Part shown: positions 12,866 through 25,332 of the stretch, piece after piece
Layout: each line of letters starts with the position of its first letter
Position numbering within the stretch: the stretch's first letter is position 1
Origin: Chiloscyllium plagiosum
Taxonomy: Eukaryota
Length of the DNA stretch: 64,000 bases
Direction of reading: 5' to 3'
Assembly (NCBI RefSeq): GCF_004010195.1
Contig: NC_057719.1
Coordinates: 29,549,244 to 29,613,243 of the forward strand
Program-made: the position numbers and the translations under genes
The notes under the pieces: generated by a model
The model's database searches: none
What the model was told of the DNA's origin: nothing
What the model saw: the letters and a program-made list of their open reading frames with translations, nothing else

Positions 12866-12899
12866 CTGAAAATATTACCTAGTATGGTGATGAAACGTC
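12866..12899 (+). ncRNA. Hammerhead motif in the inverted repeat of PLE family A, core mutated
   Basis: CUGAAAA (G8 changed to A)-U-[AUUACC uaguau GGUGAU]-GAAAC-GUC-UGA. Confidence 0.7.
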
Positions 12900-14040
12900 T
12901 GAAAATGAACCTTCTAGCTCAGCGAGCAAACCTATATCCAAAAGTTACACAATCTTTGAAAGATATCTCTTACAAATAGAAAATTGTACCCAAAATTAAG
13001 AATACAAGGAAGGAAGTGTTTTCTTAAAACAACCACCAGATTAAAAAGGTAATTGAAATTAAGAGATCTATATTGTAGAAAAAGTGGTACTGCCTGTTGC
13101 TTTCTATTTCATTACATAACAGATTTAAACAATTCTGTTGAACACACTGGAAATCTCAAAAAAGCCTTTTACATTGGTGCAATTTTCAAAACAGCACTAT
13201 TAATATTTTATTACTTTTATGCAAATAGAAATTTTACCAACACTGATGCTTATTAGGTGAGATGTAAATGGAAATAATATTCATTTCTTCTCAAATAATT
13301 GGTGAAATTTAAATAAAGATCTTTGACCATGAATTACTCTGGAATATAAATGCCAAAATTAATTAGAAATGCATAATCCAAAATCTCAACCAAATGAAAA
13401 GTGCCAAGTTGTTTCTTTCAAAACGTAGACACATTTTTGTTTGATATTTCTGAACCTTTACTTTTATTAGCACCACTTCTATTACTAATTTTAATCAATG
13501 CCATTGTGCAAAATTAGCAGTCATAGCCGTCTTTATTTACTGAAGGTTAATTAAAATAATCTGCACTATTAAATGAAAAAGGGTCAGATTATACTAATGA
13601 CAAAACACCAAATATTCACTGTGGTTTCACTTATCAATTTTTGAAATCTAAAAATAATTTTTTTGGGCTCCTCAAGGATAAACCTTCACAAATATGATGT
13701 TCATGGTGGGTTATGCAGTCATCCGATCTTCAGGCATAATAATTTAAGAGTGCAATGTTCTTAAGATAATTTGTTAATGCAGGATTAAATACAAACCCAT
13801 TTCATGTCGGATCCTTACAGACACTTGCTAAAGACCTTCATCTCGTATCCGAGTCCCAAAGGTGAAGTACTTTTTCTCATTCTCCGAAGAGAATGAATAG
13901 CTGTGGGAGAATGGTGTTTAATAATGGGAGTGGCTCCACTCAAGACTGAACAGTCATTATGATTAGCTAGTCTTTCCTGCCCTTTCTGCATGTGACCCAT
14001 TCACCACGTAAATCCCCAAGAACTTAAAAAATTATTTTCA

Positions 14041-14140
14041 ACTCACCTCGCAGTGACACAGCTCAAAACATTTGATAAGTTAACTGCTTGCCGTAAGATT
14101 TCCGGAACGTGATAATGTTTGCAGGATCGCAAGATCACGA
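14041..14140 (-). promoter_or_regulatory. Candidate promoter and non-coding first exon of the downstream gene (possibly PCNX4)
   Basis: Local CpG cluster in otherwise CpG-poor DNA, an ETS-type palindrome TTCCGGAA at 14100-14107, and a consensus minus-strand donor GAG/GTGAGT at 14047/14046. Gene identity is from recalled LRRC9-PCNX4 synteny only. Confidence 0.4.
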
Positions 14141-15987
14141 GTAGTTAATAAAATTGTAAAATGTGACAGCACTTAAAAATCACACGATTACTACTAGCTA
14201 GTAAGAATTCTCAAAATAGAGAAACACCATTTATTATAAAATATTTAAGGATACAGTCATGATCATTTTAAAATAAAGATCTTACATTTTACAGATGAGG
14301 AAAAAGTAACTAGTGTTAGCTAATCACAAAGCCTGGTTCATTGTGGCAGTATAAAACAACCGAAAGAACCCCACATTCAAAATCTGTCAAGAGTTTAATA
14401 TTGAATAATGTCCTAATAAATAAATGCACATTAACTACTAGGGTGAGCGGGAAAATCTGCAAATGCAACTGGAAACTAATACAAAATACAGTCCAGAGCT
14501 ATATGTGAAAAGAGAAAAGATAAAAAGGATGACAGTTTCAACATTTACTCACCTGAAGTGAAACTGGTACAAATATTTGTTTGCAATATTTAATAGCTTG
14601 GACCTTCTTTATAACAATTTTTAAAAAAATGCAATTCTTCCCTAGAGCTGAAATAACTGCAATTATACATAACATAGGAGACAGGTTCACATGCTCAAAA
14701 ATGAATAAGGGTATGAGTGCTTTAATTCACAGTTGAATGCATGAAATTTAGAAATTTATCGAAATTTATCAAATGTTGGGGAGAAAAATCCGTCACTAAC
14801 AAGATCTTGGAAGATTTTTGCTAATTTATTGTATGATGCAACAGTCTAGTGGAATGTAACTGAAACATTTTATTGATTGCAAATGCACTTAATCCAAATA
14901 TATTTTGAGATTAAATTATCCTGATAGTGCTATGTTTTTAATTGATTTTGAAACACATTAGATGTTGCATAATAACTTTTAAAACAAATAAAAATAGCAA
15001 AGTCTACCATGTTTGGGTATAAATAGATTATTAGGCATCTGTACTGTTTTCACTTCAAAATGAAACTGAAGAAAAAAATTAATTACAGAATGAAGGTAAG
15101 AAATGCGACTGGGTGTAGATAATACTGTGTAAATATGATTTCGTAAAATCACACAACACATTTGACTAGACTATGAGGACTTCTTGTGAAGTAACAGTTT
15201 TCAAAATGTGTAAGTTCAAAAAAGTGCAATAAGACATTAAACAATTTCAATTTTGTACTGATGTTCAATAACATTTACTCTTATTGTGGAACAACTTGCA
15301 ATAGAAATACAAATTTGTTATACAAAAATATAGTATTTACAAATGCTTTTGCAATACTTTTGAGAAATATGGAACAATGTTTCAATGTCATCAAGACATA
15401 CTTAACAACATTAATTGTAATCACTGTAAATTGTCATTTTAATAAGCAGTTCTAAATCCATCTTTGTACACCTTTAACAAAATAGGATTACATTTATGGG
15501 GCATTTAAAGTAATATACAGTATTTGAGATTGCAAGTAAATAACTAATTAATGGAGTAGACTACTGAGCTATACCAGTTATTGCTTAATGATTCTTAAAT
15601 GTTAGCAAATACAAACCTTATCTTTACATGGTAACTAACAAAAGTAATCAATGTTGTAATTGCTTCCACTTTTGCATGATTTAAGAATTTTTAACAGTCA
15701 ACTAAAATAGTTTTAACTGAGTATTTTACACAATATTCTGTGATATTAGCTCAGCATTAAGTTATCATTGTTCATGTAAAACTGACTGCAGTTATTTCCA
15801 TACTGAATTATAAAAGTCAATGAAGTGTATACTTCACCGAAAGTGCAAACAAATGTTCTTTGATGAATGTAAATTATGTCAATTAAATTCTCAAGGAAAA
15901 AAGGTTACAGCGAAGTCTTATTAAGTAATGTAGTGATGGACACAACAGATGACATTTTTTGGAGCATTCCTATGGATGATAAATACA

Positions 15988-16388
15988 TTTATTTCATATG
16001 CCTTTTACATCTGAGAGGGTTTTCTATGTACCAACTTAGTTTCAATGTAAATCTTTAAATGTAGACAATTTACATAATAGTTAACTCATACAAAATGTTA
16101 AATTCAGCATACCTGAACCTTGAGAAGAAACTGACAAGCGATGCAGAAATAAATAAATCCACTGCTGTATTTTAAATAGGCTTATGGACTGTTTACAAAA
16201 TAGTACAATGTTACTTTGAAAGAAAAATAACTCATCCTTAGAAATGTAAAACGTTTTTGAAAGAAAATGCCTGAATCAATATTTCATGAACAATGCATAA
16301 AGTTAGGGACATATGGTGTCTGCAAAGTTGTTTGTCTTCCTCTTCAGAAAGGAATATCCAGACATCCGTATTGTTTTCCGTCCTGTTG
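15988..16388 (-). other. LRRC9: Putative LRRC9 3' UTR, up to the first minus-strand AATAAA
   Basis: Follows the predicted stop. TTTATT at 15988-15993 on plus reads AATAAA on minus; further candidates occur downstream (e.g. 14825-14830). Confidence 0.45.
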
Positions 16389-16428
16389 TCACATTTGAGA
16401 TGGCTTTGAAGCACTACTGTTGTGTACC
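16389..16428 (-). CDS. LRRC9: LRRC9 terminal coding exon: (R)VHNSSASKPSQM-stop
   Basis: Acceptor tttcttctAG; the phase-2 start completes an AGG codon and TGA lies at 16391-16389. It is followed by long AT-rich, TE-free sequence. The call rests on splice signal and phase only. Confidence 0.65.
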
Positions 16429-17059
16429 CTAGAAGAAACCTTTCCATTAGCAATGAATTTTATTTTTCATGAATTAAAATGTTCAACTAATTAATTTTCA
16501 TAAATAATAAAAAATGCAGGACATTCTGAATATTCATGCTTATATTTTGATTATGCAAATTCATTTTAACAAATATTTGAACTAATTTTGCAACAATTGG
16601 TATTATTGTCCTCTTTATACTAAAAAGTAGTGAGATTAAATAAAAAAGCCTGCTTTATTTCAATTGCATCATGTTAAATATCCAATAAATGTGACAATTG
16701 ATTACAGAAAAAGCAAACATTGCAAACAAACTTTGACAAAAATTTGAAAATTTTTCTTTTAGTATGTACTGCTAAAACTAAATGTGCTGACCATGCAAAT
16801 TAAATCATCAAAGTGAACTAATTCCGACAGAAAAGCCAAAATAAATCAGAGTTCATGTTTACCTATCTGTGGAGACAATATGTTGTACAATGATACATGT
16901 ATTGCGCTTTGCCTAGTATGTTTCTTATTAATTCTATTATTTTTAACTGGCTGAAAGTCACTATTGAGATAAATAATATTGCAAAAATGACTTTCAATTA
17001 TGTGTATTATTCTATTTAAATTATTATTTAATGTTGAATTTGGGACAGGACTTACACAG

Positions 17060-17750
17060 TTGTGTAAGCATTGTAGAAGAGAGAGACCTAGAGGTTCAAG
17101 GTACATAATTCTTTGAAAGTTGCGTCACAGGTATTCAGAGTGGTAAAGAAGGCAGTTGGCATGCTTGCCTTCTTGATTAGAGTTTAGGAGTTGGGATGTT
17201 GGCGAGGCCACTTTTGGTGTACTGTGTATAGTTTTAGTTGCCCTGTTATAGGAAGGATATTATTAAATCAGAGAGGTGCAGAAAAGATTTACAAGGATGT
17301 TACTGGGACTGCAGGTCTTGAGTTACAAGGAGAGACTGGATAAGCTGGAACCCTTTAACTGGACCATAGGAGATTGAGGAATGACTTTATGGAGGTTTAT
17401 CAAATCATGAGGGGTATAGGTAAGGTGAATAGCATAGGTCTTTTCCTTAGGGTTGGGGAGTTCAAAACTAGAGAGAATAATTTTAAGGTGAGAGGAGAAA
17501 GATTTAAAAGGGACCTGAGGGGCAACATTTTCACACAGAGGGTGGTTCATATGTGGAATGAACTACTAGAGGAAGTGGTAGATGCAGGTACAGCTAAAAC
17601 ATTTAAAAGAACTTTGGATAGGTACATGAATAGGAGAAGTTTGGAATGATATGGGCCAAATTCAGACAAATGGAACTAGTTTAGCTTAGGATACTTGGTT
17701 GGCATGGACAAGTTGGACCAGAGAGTCTGTTTCTGTGCTGTATAACTCTA
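17060..17750 (+). mobile_element. CR1 LINE 3' fragment
   Basis: ORF 17374..17649 reads EVYQIMRG...FTQRVVHMWNEL and is followed by a CR1 3' terminal motif. Confidence 0.92.
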
Positions 17751-18324
17751 AAAAAAATTCTAAGTATATTTTTCTACACTCCTCAAATGGCATACTTAAA
17801 GCAAAAAGCTTGAATGCAAGCTCCAAGAGAAACCATTTTACTTTTAAAAATACTGATAAATAATTTTTACTGGATGTTATACTCAGAACAGTAAAAAAAA
17901 GGCTTTTGGATTTGGAGTATGAATTTCTGTACCCTTCCATAATGGTGCTACTAACTTTGAAAATAAAGCATACTTCTTATATTTGAAGGAAACATTATTC
18001 AAATAAAAATGTTCAACATTTCTTGCCAATTAAGAATTAATTGCTTCTTAGACATTTATTGTTGTCTTTTGTAAATATTTTTCTAAGACGCAATGCATGG
18101 GAATAAATTTACATTTCGAATGCATTTACATTTAACTTTTCAATAGGTATCTAATTATGGTTTGACAGAACAAACCTTCAGCCGGTTAAAACTGCTGTGA
18201 TGGACTGGCCAATGTCCATTTACAGAATAGAAATTGGACACTGGAAAAATTAAGTTATATCCTGCAAAGTGTATAATTATAAAGTAATTCAAATATAAAA
18301 TTCAAATAAAAATTAACCACATAC

Positions 18325-18499
18325 CTGCCATCTTGATCTTGGATTTGCATTAAAGTTCGCATGTTACGTGAACTGTCCCTCTGCTGCTGCATATAGGCAG
18401 GTTGATAGGTTGCACCACTTCTTATCTGCCGACAAATAATGTCTGATTGGAAGGTACGAGTATTCGGCAGGTTTGCTCCCAAATGCTTGGGCCTCTTAT
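18325..18499 (-). CDS. LRRC9: LRRC9 penultimate coding exon: NKRPKHLGANLPNTRTFQSDIICRQIRSGATYQPAYMQQQRDSSRNMRTLMQIQDQDG(R)
   Basis: Acceptor atgttgcAG and donor GTatgt; 175 bp, phase 1 to 2, open in the frame required by the upstream exon. It is a higher-GC island in an AT-rich intron. Confidence 0.8.
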
Positions 18500-18719
18500 C
18501 TGCAACATTGTTTACATATTTGTAAAAAAGTTGACATCTGTTTTAATGTGAATTACTTCCAGTCAGTTATCTAAAGTTTGCAGTAATAGTTGTCTGTTCC
18601 AATATTTTATAGTCATAGAGTCTTGATCTACATTTGTACCATTACAGTTGCCATTCTGATAGTTATTGCCATTTTCTTTGTCAATGATTCCACAGTGTAC
18701 AGTTTCAGAGATCCAGAGA

Positions 18720-19345
18720 TTCAGAGTTCCAAGGTGTAAATCTCACCAATGATCTATCCTGGTCCAGCACATCAACACTACAGTCAAGAAAACACACCAA
18801 TACCTCTACTTCCTCAGAAGGCTAAGGAAATTTGGCATGTCCACAATGACTCTTTCCAATTTTTATAGATGCACTGTGAAAAGCATCCTATCTGGATGCA
18901 TCATGACTTGGTATGGCAACTGCTCTGCCCAAGACCGCAAGAAATGAGAGTTGTGAATGCAACCCAGTCCATCACAAAAAAGAGCATTCCTTCCATTGAC
19001 TCTGTCTATAGTTCCTGCTGCCTTGGGAATGCAACCAACATAATCAATGACCCTCCTACTCCGGTCATACTCTTTTCCATTGGGCAGAAGACACAAAAGT
19101 TTAAAAACACATATGAAAAGATTTAAGAACAGCTTCTTCCCTGCTGTTATTAGACTTGTGAATTGACCTCTCATATATTAGAGTTGATTTTTCTCTACCC
19201 CTTCTCTGCAGCTGTAACACTATATTCTGCATTCTGTTCTATTATCCTAATATATTTCTATAAGGTATGATTTGTCTGGATAGCATGCAAAACAATACCT
19301 TTCACTGTATCCCTGTATATGTGACAATAATAAATCAAATCAAAG
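18720..19345 (+). mobile_element. Rex1/Babar-type LINE 3' fragment
   Basis: LYFLRRLRKFGMS...FYRCTVKSILSGCIMTWYG motif and a 3' tail AATAAATCAAATCAAA; homologous to 42207-43260. Confidence 0.85.
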
Positions 19346-20487
19346 CAAAGCAAATTGAATGCTATTTTCTGCAGTTTGTTACTGAAAAATTGAGTGAAGC
19401 ATCTTTCTTGTCCAGCAAATGTGATTGGAAATTTCCCAGTTTTCTATCTCAACATCAAGTCCCCACATTTCCCAAATAAGATCAAATTGTCTGCCAAGTC
19501 CTAGGCACTTTACATATACATATGTAGATTGAAATTTAGGATATAAATAAATGGGCCCTGTTGCTTAGGGATGCCTTACTATATTGAAGACACTGTATGT
19601 ATTTGCCCATTTAAGCATATAATGTACTTGGGTTAAATTAATAGAAGAATGCAGAATATGAAGTTGTTGACAGAAATCAGTAGACAGTGGGTGTACTTTT
19701 CCCAGCCCTGTATGACTTGAACAATGGCAAGACAGTTAGGAAAATATGATGAATTTAGAAAATTTAAAACAAGAGAAAGAAATCTGATTTTTGGCTTAAG
19801 GTTGTAATAGCTGAAGGAGAATCTCGCCAGTGAATGGGGGAGGGCCTATTTCCATGTATTAATATTTATTATTACTTAATCTGACCTAATTAATATGCAA
19901 CTTGCAATTTTCTCAAGCAGAGAATGAGATGGCGTCCATTCCCAACATGAAAGCCATTTTGGTTACATAGTAGCTCACCAGTGTCTTCTCCAGCATTCCC
20001 TAACTCTAAGGCATGCTGTATGGGCAGTGACTAGCAGCACCTCAATTTACAGAGGTTGACATTGGAAAAGCACTAGCCTTGCGTCACCATTAAACATCTC
20101 AGACTTGTATGTAATAGCTTACCACCTCAATATTGCACATTGGATCATACTGACAACATACATTACAGTCCTCCCAGGTACAGGCACCAATCTAATACAT
20201 TGGAACAGGATGCCTCTTGGGTTATTTTCTTAGTGTTCACTCAATTTGTGCTTACTTGAATGCCCTCTGCATCTCTGCCTTGCATTTTTGCACATTGCAC
20301 CACCACCCTCTTTGCCCTACTGTTGGCCAAATTTTCCTAGATTGCAAGAAGGGATTCAGTAATATGAATGCGGCTGGCACAGCTGTTAGTGGTGCATCAG
20401 ATGGAAGTAAGGTAGTGAGATATCCTGAGTGACTGAGTAGGTGGTGTAGGGGCATGCTCAGTTTGTAATCTGTGGCTTTGAGGTGAC

Positions 20488-21730
20488 TGATTACAGATAG
20501 TCAATATGGCTTTGTGCATGGAAAATCATGTCTCACAAACTTGATTGAGTTTTTTGAGGAAGTAACAAAGAGGATTGATGAGGGCAGAGTGGTAGATGTG
20601 ATCTATATGGATTTCAGTAAGGCATTCGACAAGGTTCCTGGGAGACTGGTTAATAAGGTTAGATCTCATGGCATACAGGGAGAATTAGCCATTTGGATAC
20701 AGAACTGGCTCAAAGGTAGAAAACAAAGGGTGGTAGTGGAGGGTTGTTTTTCAGACTGGAGGCCTGTGACCAGTGGAGTGCCACGAGGATCAGTGCTGGG
20801 TCCTCCAGTTTTTGTCATTTATATAAATAATTTGGATGCGAGCATAAGAGGTGTAATTAGTAAGTTTGCGGATGACACCAAAATTGGAGATGTCGTGGAC
20901 AGCAAAGAAGGTTACCTCAGATTACAATTAGATCTTGATCAGATGGGCCAATGGGCCAAGGAGTGGCAGATGGAGGTTAATTCAGATAAATGCGAGGTGC
21001 TGCATTTTGGGAAAGCAAATCTTAGCAGGACTTATACACTTAATGGTAAGGTCCTAGGGAGTGTTGCTAAATGAAGAGACCTTGGAGTGCAGTTCATAGC
21101 TCCTTGAAAGTGGAGTCACAGGTAGATAGGATAGTGAAGGTTTTGGTATGCTTTCTCTTATTGGTCAGAGTATTGAGTACAGGAATTGGAATATCATGTT
21201 GCGGCTGTACCGGACATTGGTTAGGCCACTGTTGGAATATTATGTGCAATTCTGGTCTCCTTCCTATCGGAAAGATGTTGTGAAACTTGAAAGTGTTCAG
21301 AAAAGATTTATAAGAATGTTGCCAGGGTTGGAGGATTTGAGCTATAGGGAGAGGCTTGACAGGCTGGAGCTATTTCCCTGGTGCATCAGAGTTTGAGGGG
21401 TGACCTTATAGAGGTTTACAAAATCATGAGAGGCATGGATAGGATAAATAGACAAAGTATTTTCCCTGGGGTTGAGGAGTCCAGAACTCGAGGGTATGGG
21501 TTTAGGGTGAGAGGGCAAAGATATAAAAAAGACCTACGGGGCAACTTCTTCACACAGCGGGTGGTATGTGTATGGAATGAGCTGCCAGAGGAGGTGGTAG
21601 AGCCTGGTACAATTGCAACATTTAAGAGGCATTTGGATGGGTATATGAATTGGAAGGGTTTGAAGGGATATGGGCCGGACCAAAAGGGTCTGTTTCCATG
21701 CAGTACATCTCTATGGCTCTATGACTCTAT
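20488..21730 (+). mobile_element. CR1 LINE, 5'-truncated (RT and 3' end)
   Basis: ORF 20514..21074 has YMDFSKAFDKV, GVPRGSVLGP and FADDTK; (CTCTATG)n tail; GGTGAC occurs on both flanks as a possible short TSD. Confidence 0.95.
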
Positions 21731-21749
21731 GGGTGACAGTGAGTGAGGT

Positions 21750-21975
21750 AAGATGATAGCCAACAGAGGAAAATTGGCACCCTGGTTTGTTGACAGGGAC
21801 TTCAAGGCCCTGGTGAATGGGGTCATGGGCAGCAGGGTTGTCCTTTTTCTGCAGGACCAGCAGAGGCTACCATGGCACCAAGCACTGCCAGCCTCATTTG
21901 AGATAGCCATTCAAATCAGTGTAGTGTCCATGTGCAGATGAGCCCAGCAACACAAGAAGATTAATGACGTCTGCA
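21750..21975 (+). mobile_element. Myb/SANT-like remnant, probably from a PIF/Harbinger transposon
   Basis: KLAPWFVDRDFKALVNGV...RVVLF...PASFEIAIQISVVSMCR*AQQHKKIND fits the APRF-D-DL--L----V....W-EIA...R---QC-KK-ND pattern of Harbinger Myb-like proteins, with an internal stop. Confidence 0.55.
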
Positions 21976-23199
21976 TTCCGCAAATATAAGTACCACTATG
22001 TTTTCTCTGCTATCTCACATTCACTAATGCATAACTCTACAGCTGTACACAATTGCCACCAAGCCATATTGTCTACCACTCCCACTATTGCATGCAGCAT
22101 CTTACCTCACATGGAATACAGAACCAACAAATCAGTCACATACTAACTTTCTGGCTATAGTCCATGCCTTTTGATCACTGGTGAGAATGGACTGTGTAAA
22201 TTGATGAAGATAACCATGAGTACAAGAACTATTAATACTGGGGCCCAGCACCGCAAAATCTATTACAAGTACCTCTGGGGGACTCTTGGCGACCAGAAAC
22301 CCATGCTGGGGTAAGGTCACTTACTTGCTTTGGTCAAAGTATGTCTCTCACAACTGCGACAGCAATCATCAATATCAGCAACCATCCTGGGCCAGTAACA
22401 TTATTCCCTGATTAAGGCAGTCATCTTTTGTGGTGGCCTGTTCGACTATGAACTGCTACTAACATAGTACTTGAGACTGTCGGGGACAACAGTTGCTTCA
22501 TCTCTGTCTCCTGTCATGAACCAACTGATGGAACACTTCATCCTCCTCCAGCATTGCAAGCCTTAATGTTGACCAGTTGGAGATGTTTGGTTTAAGCCCT
22601 CAAAAACATTGAGTGAATGCACAGATAAAAGAACAGCCCGATTTCCTGCTACGTCAACATTTCTAGGCACAATATAAGTTGATACACTTTGAGCATGCAC
22701 AGCAAAGTCAAAGACTCATGTGCCCTGTCTGCCAACCTCTAATGTGCTGCTCAACGTAGTGACCTTACATGCTGCCCAAGGATGCTCGATATGTATAAAG
22801 TCATTCAACCCCAAATTAATTAATTCTCAACTTCCTTTCTTCCAATGAAATATCAATCAGATCATGAACTATCTGAAACTCCAGCAAATTAAAATTAGTT
22901 GATTGGATGCAAATAGGCTGAACTCAATATAGCCATGATGTTTTGAGCATCCTTCTCATTTCCTACCCATTGATCTGGTTCATTCATTCAAGCTATGAAA
23001 ATCTATTCTTAACAAATAACATCAAATTCCACCATTGACCCTACCCAAGAGAAAGTGACAGAGCTATTGTGTAGAAGGTTAAAAAGCAACAAACATAGGG
23101 GAAAGATAAGACAACTTGAAACATAGAAACACAGAACAGAATGGTGTGGATGAGGGATACTCTTCATTTTATCCTTTCCTTGTATTTGTGTATTCTGTG

Positions 23200-23760
23200 C
23201 TATCATGGAACCATAAAATCATTTAATGGTCGCAGCATAAAATAAAACATTCAGAATGTTGTTTACATGGATTTTCCGTAACAGCTATTCAGCTCACCAC
23301 ACTCCCCTAATTTTTGCCCAGAGTCCTCCAATACCTTCCTTTTCTTTTCGGGTAATTATCTAATTCCCTTATGAAAGCAACAACTGAACCTTCCTCCACC
23401 ACACTCTCAGGCAATGCATTCCAGTTCCTAACCATTCACTGCATAAAAATGTTTCTCCTTGCCTCGTATTGTATTTTTTTTGTCATCTACATGGATTCTA
23501 GACCTTTCCATCAGTAGGAGCATCTTGCGTATCTATTTTGTCCAAACCTTGTAGGTTTTTCAAAATCTCTATCAAATCTCTTCTCAACCTTGCCTAAAGA
23601 GAATGATCCCAGCTTCCTTAATCTACATACATAACTAAAGTCTCTCATCGCCATAGCCATTTTTATAACATTTCTTGTGCACTGAAATATCCTCTTCTTC
23701 AAGTGTAGTAGCCAGAATTGGGCACAACATTGCAAGTGAAGCCAAATTAGTTTTCTCAAC
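23200..23760 (-). mobile_element. Old degraded CR1 3' fragment
   Basis: The minus strand reads HLQCCAQFW-LHLKK...RLRKLGSFSL, with a WNALPE remnant. Confidence 0.75.
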
Positions 23761-24507
23761 CAGTTTCTCAACTTGCCCTGCCAAATTGAATCAAGCCAAT
23801 TGGAACCTTGAGAGAAAAAAAATGAGGGAAATTTCATGCATAACGGGTGTTGGAAAAGTCGAATGCAGTTGAAGCAGAAACTCAAACTTCACGTGTTTTA
23901 TGTGTTCTGGACTGGACAGTTTTCAGTAAATATGGAAGTTGGTTGGCTGATGAATTGCTGTATATGATAACTTTGTAGAGTTCTGACAGAGGCAGCTCCT
24001 GACCTAATAGCAAATCCAGAATATTTCATCACCTGAAATTGAGGTTAGATAGTTTGGAACTAAAACAATTGTCCATCTGTTAGGTTCAAGTTAATATATA
24101 TATTGTCTCTGAGTGGTTATCTGCATTCAAAATCCTCAGTAGCTTCTAGCCTCTATACACAACTAATCGAATTACATACAGTTAACTCCACAATCCAAGG
24201 TCTCCCCATACTACTGGTTCTATAGGTAACATGGAAGACAGAGTTGGATTGAATTGCAACAACTTGTAGCCTATAGTGTTGAGATCCACTTAAAGCTGTG
24301 TGTTTAATCATCATCCCTAGAGACTGGGATACCCATGCCAGCAAGATGAACAGCACCTCCTGAAGCACAGGGTATCATTATTTTCATCTTACCTGTGGTA
24401 ATTTTCAAATGCTGTATCAGTTGGATTCATATATGTTTCATCTCTAGTTGTGATTAAGATCATATTGTATTAATTGGGAAAAGATTAGGCATGTATATAA
24501 GGAGCAA

Positions 24508-24620
24508 TAGGGGTCTTGTGGTACAGTGGTATTGTCACAACGTCTGGACTGAATCACTGAGTTCAAGTCCAACTTGCATGAAGGTAGGTCATAACATGTT
24601 CAAACAGGTTGAAAATTATT
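24508..24620 (+). mobile_element. Short tRNA-derived SINE-like element
   Basis: A-box-like TGGTACAGTGG and B-box-like GAGTTCAAGTCC; related copy at 25735-25850. Confidence 0.55.
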
Positions 24621-25332
24621 TATAAGAAGCTGTTTCCAACTGGGTATGGCTAGGCTGTAGAACAAAAACATAGTTGCAACTTACATTGTCCTGGGCGTGG
24701 TGACTAAACGTATAGTGGAAGACACTGACTTGCTGCCTGTTTGACTGCTGTTCGTTCACTAGACTTAACAGCCTGTACAGGCCAGTTCCATGTTTAGTCA
24801 GTTTTATGAACTTAGTTCAGCCATGAGGTTGAGTGCAGTAGCAAATCAAAAGTTTGTGCATAGCCAATTGCTTCCTTATTGTTCTAAAAGCTATTTCAGG
24901 AGGCTAACAAAGAACCAATGTTTCAATATGAACTTCCATATATATTAAACATTGAAAAAAACCTACATATTTCTTAACAGAATTTAAGTCAAAACTGAAT
25001 AGGCACTCAATAAAACAAAGGTATTATTAGGAAGGGTGATTAAAATTTGGTTAGAATTCCTTTTTTTTTTCCAAAGGGAGGGATTTAATGGAGGAGAAGA
25101 ATTAGAGATCTTAAATGGTTTTTTCCATTGAATAATTAATGATTCTTAAATACCGTCCAATTAACAGTAATAAAACAAAATAACCCTGTTAATTCCGTAT
25201 CAATATTGGTCATTTTGGTATGATAGGACAGAACAAGTAAACAAGTTAATTTATTGGAAGCTGTACAGAATACAATATATGCAGGTTGTTGGCAAAGACA
25301 AAACAAGAAAAACACACATTACAATTTCTTAC

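Larger units (their letters stand above)
9246..12940 (-). mobile_element. Penelope-like element (family A) with partial tandem and inverted terminal repeats, interrupted by a family B element
   Basis: RT N-terminus HFYRLPKIHKPGAPLRPIVS (ORF 11187..11618) and GIY-YIG NVIYKILCKSCNKHYIGRTGRKLATRIHEH (ORF 9468..10013). 12521-12570 directly repeats 9249-9300, and 12571-12940 is an inverted copy of about 9285-9660. Confidence 0.92.

Noticed and set aside
1..14000. PCNX4 coding exon
   Set aside because: No long minus-strand ORF with PCNX4-like transmembrane sequence is present in the window.
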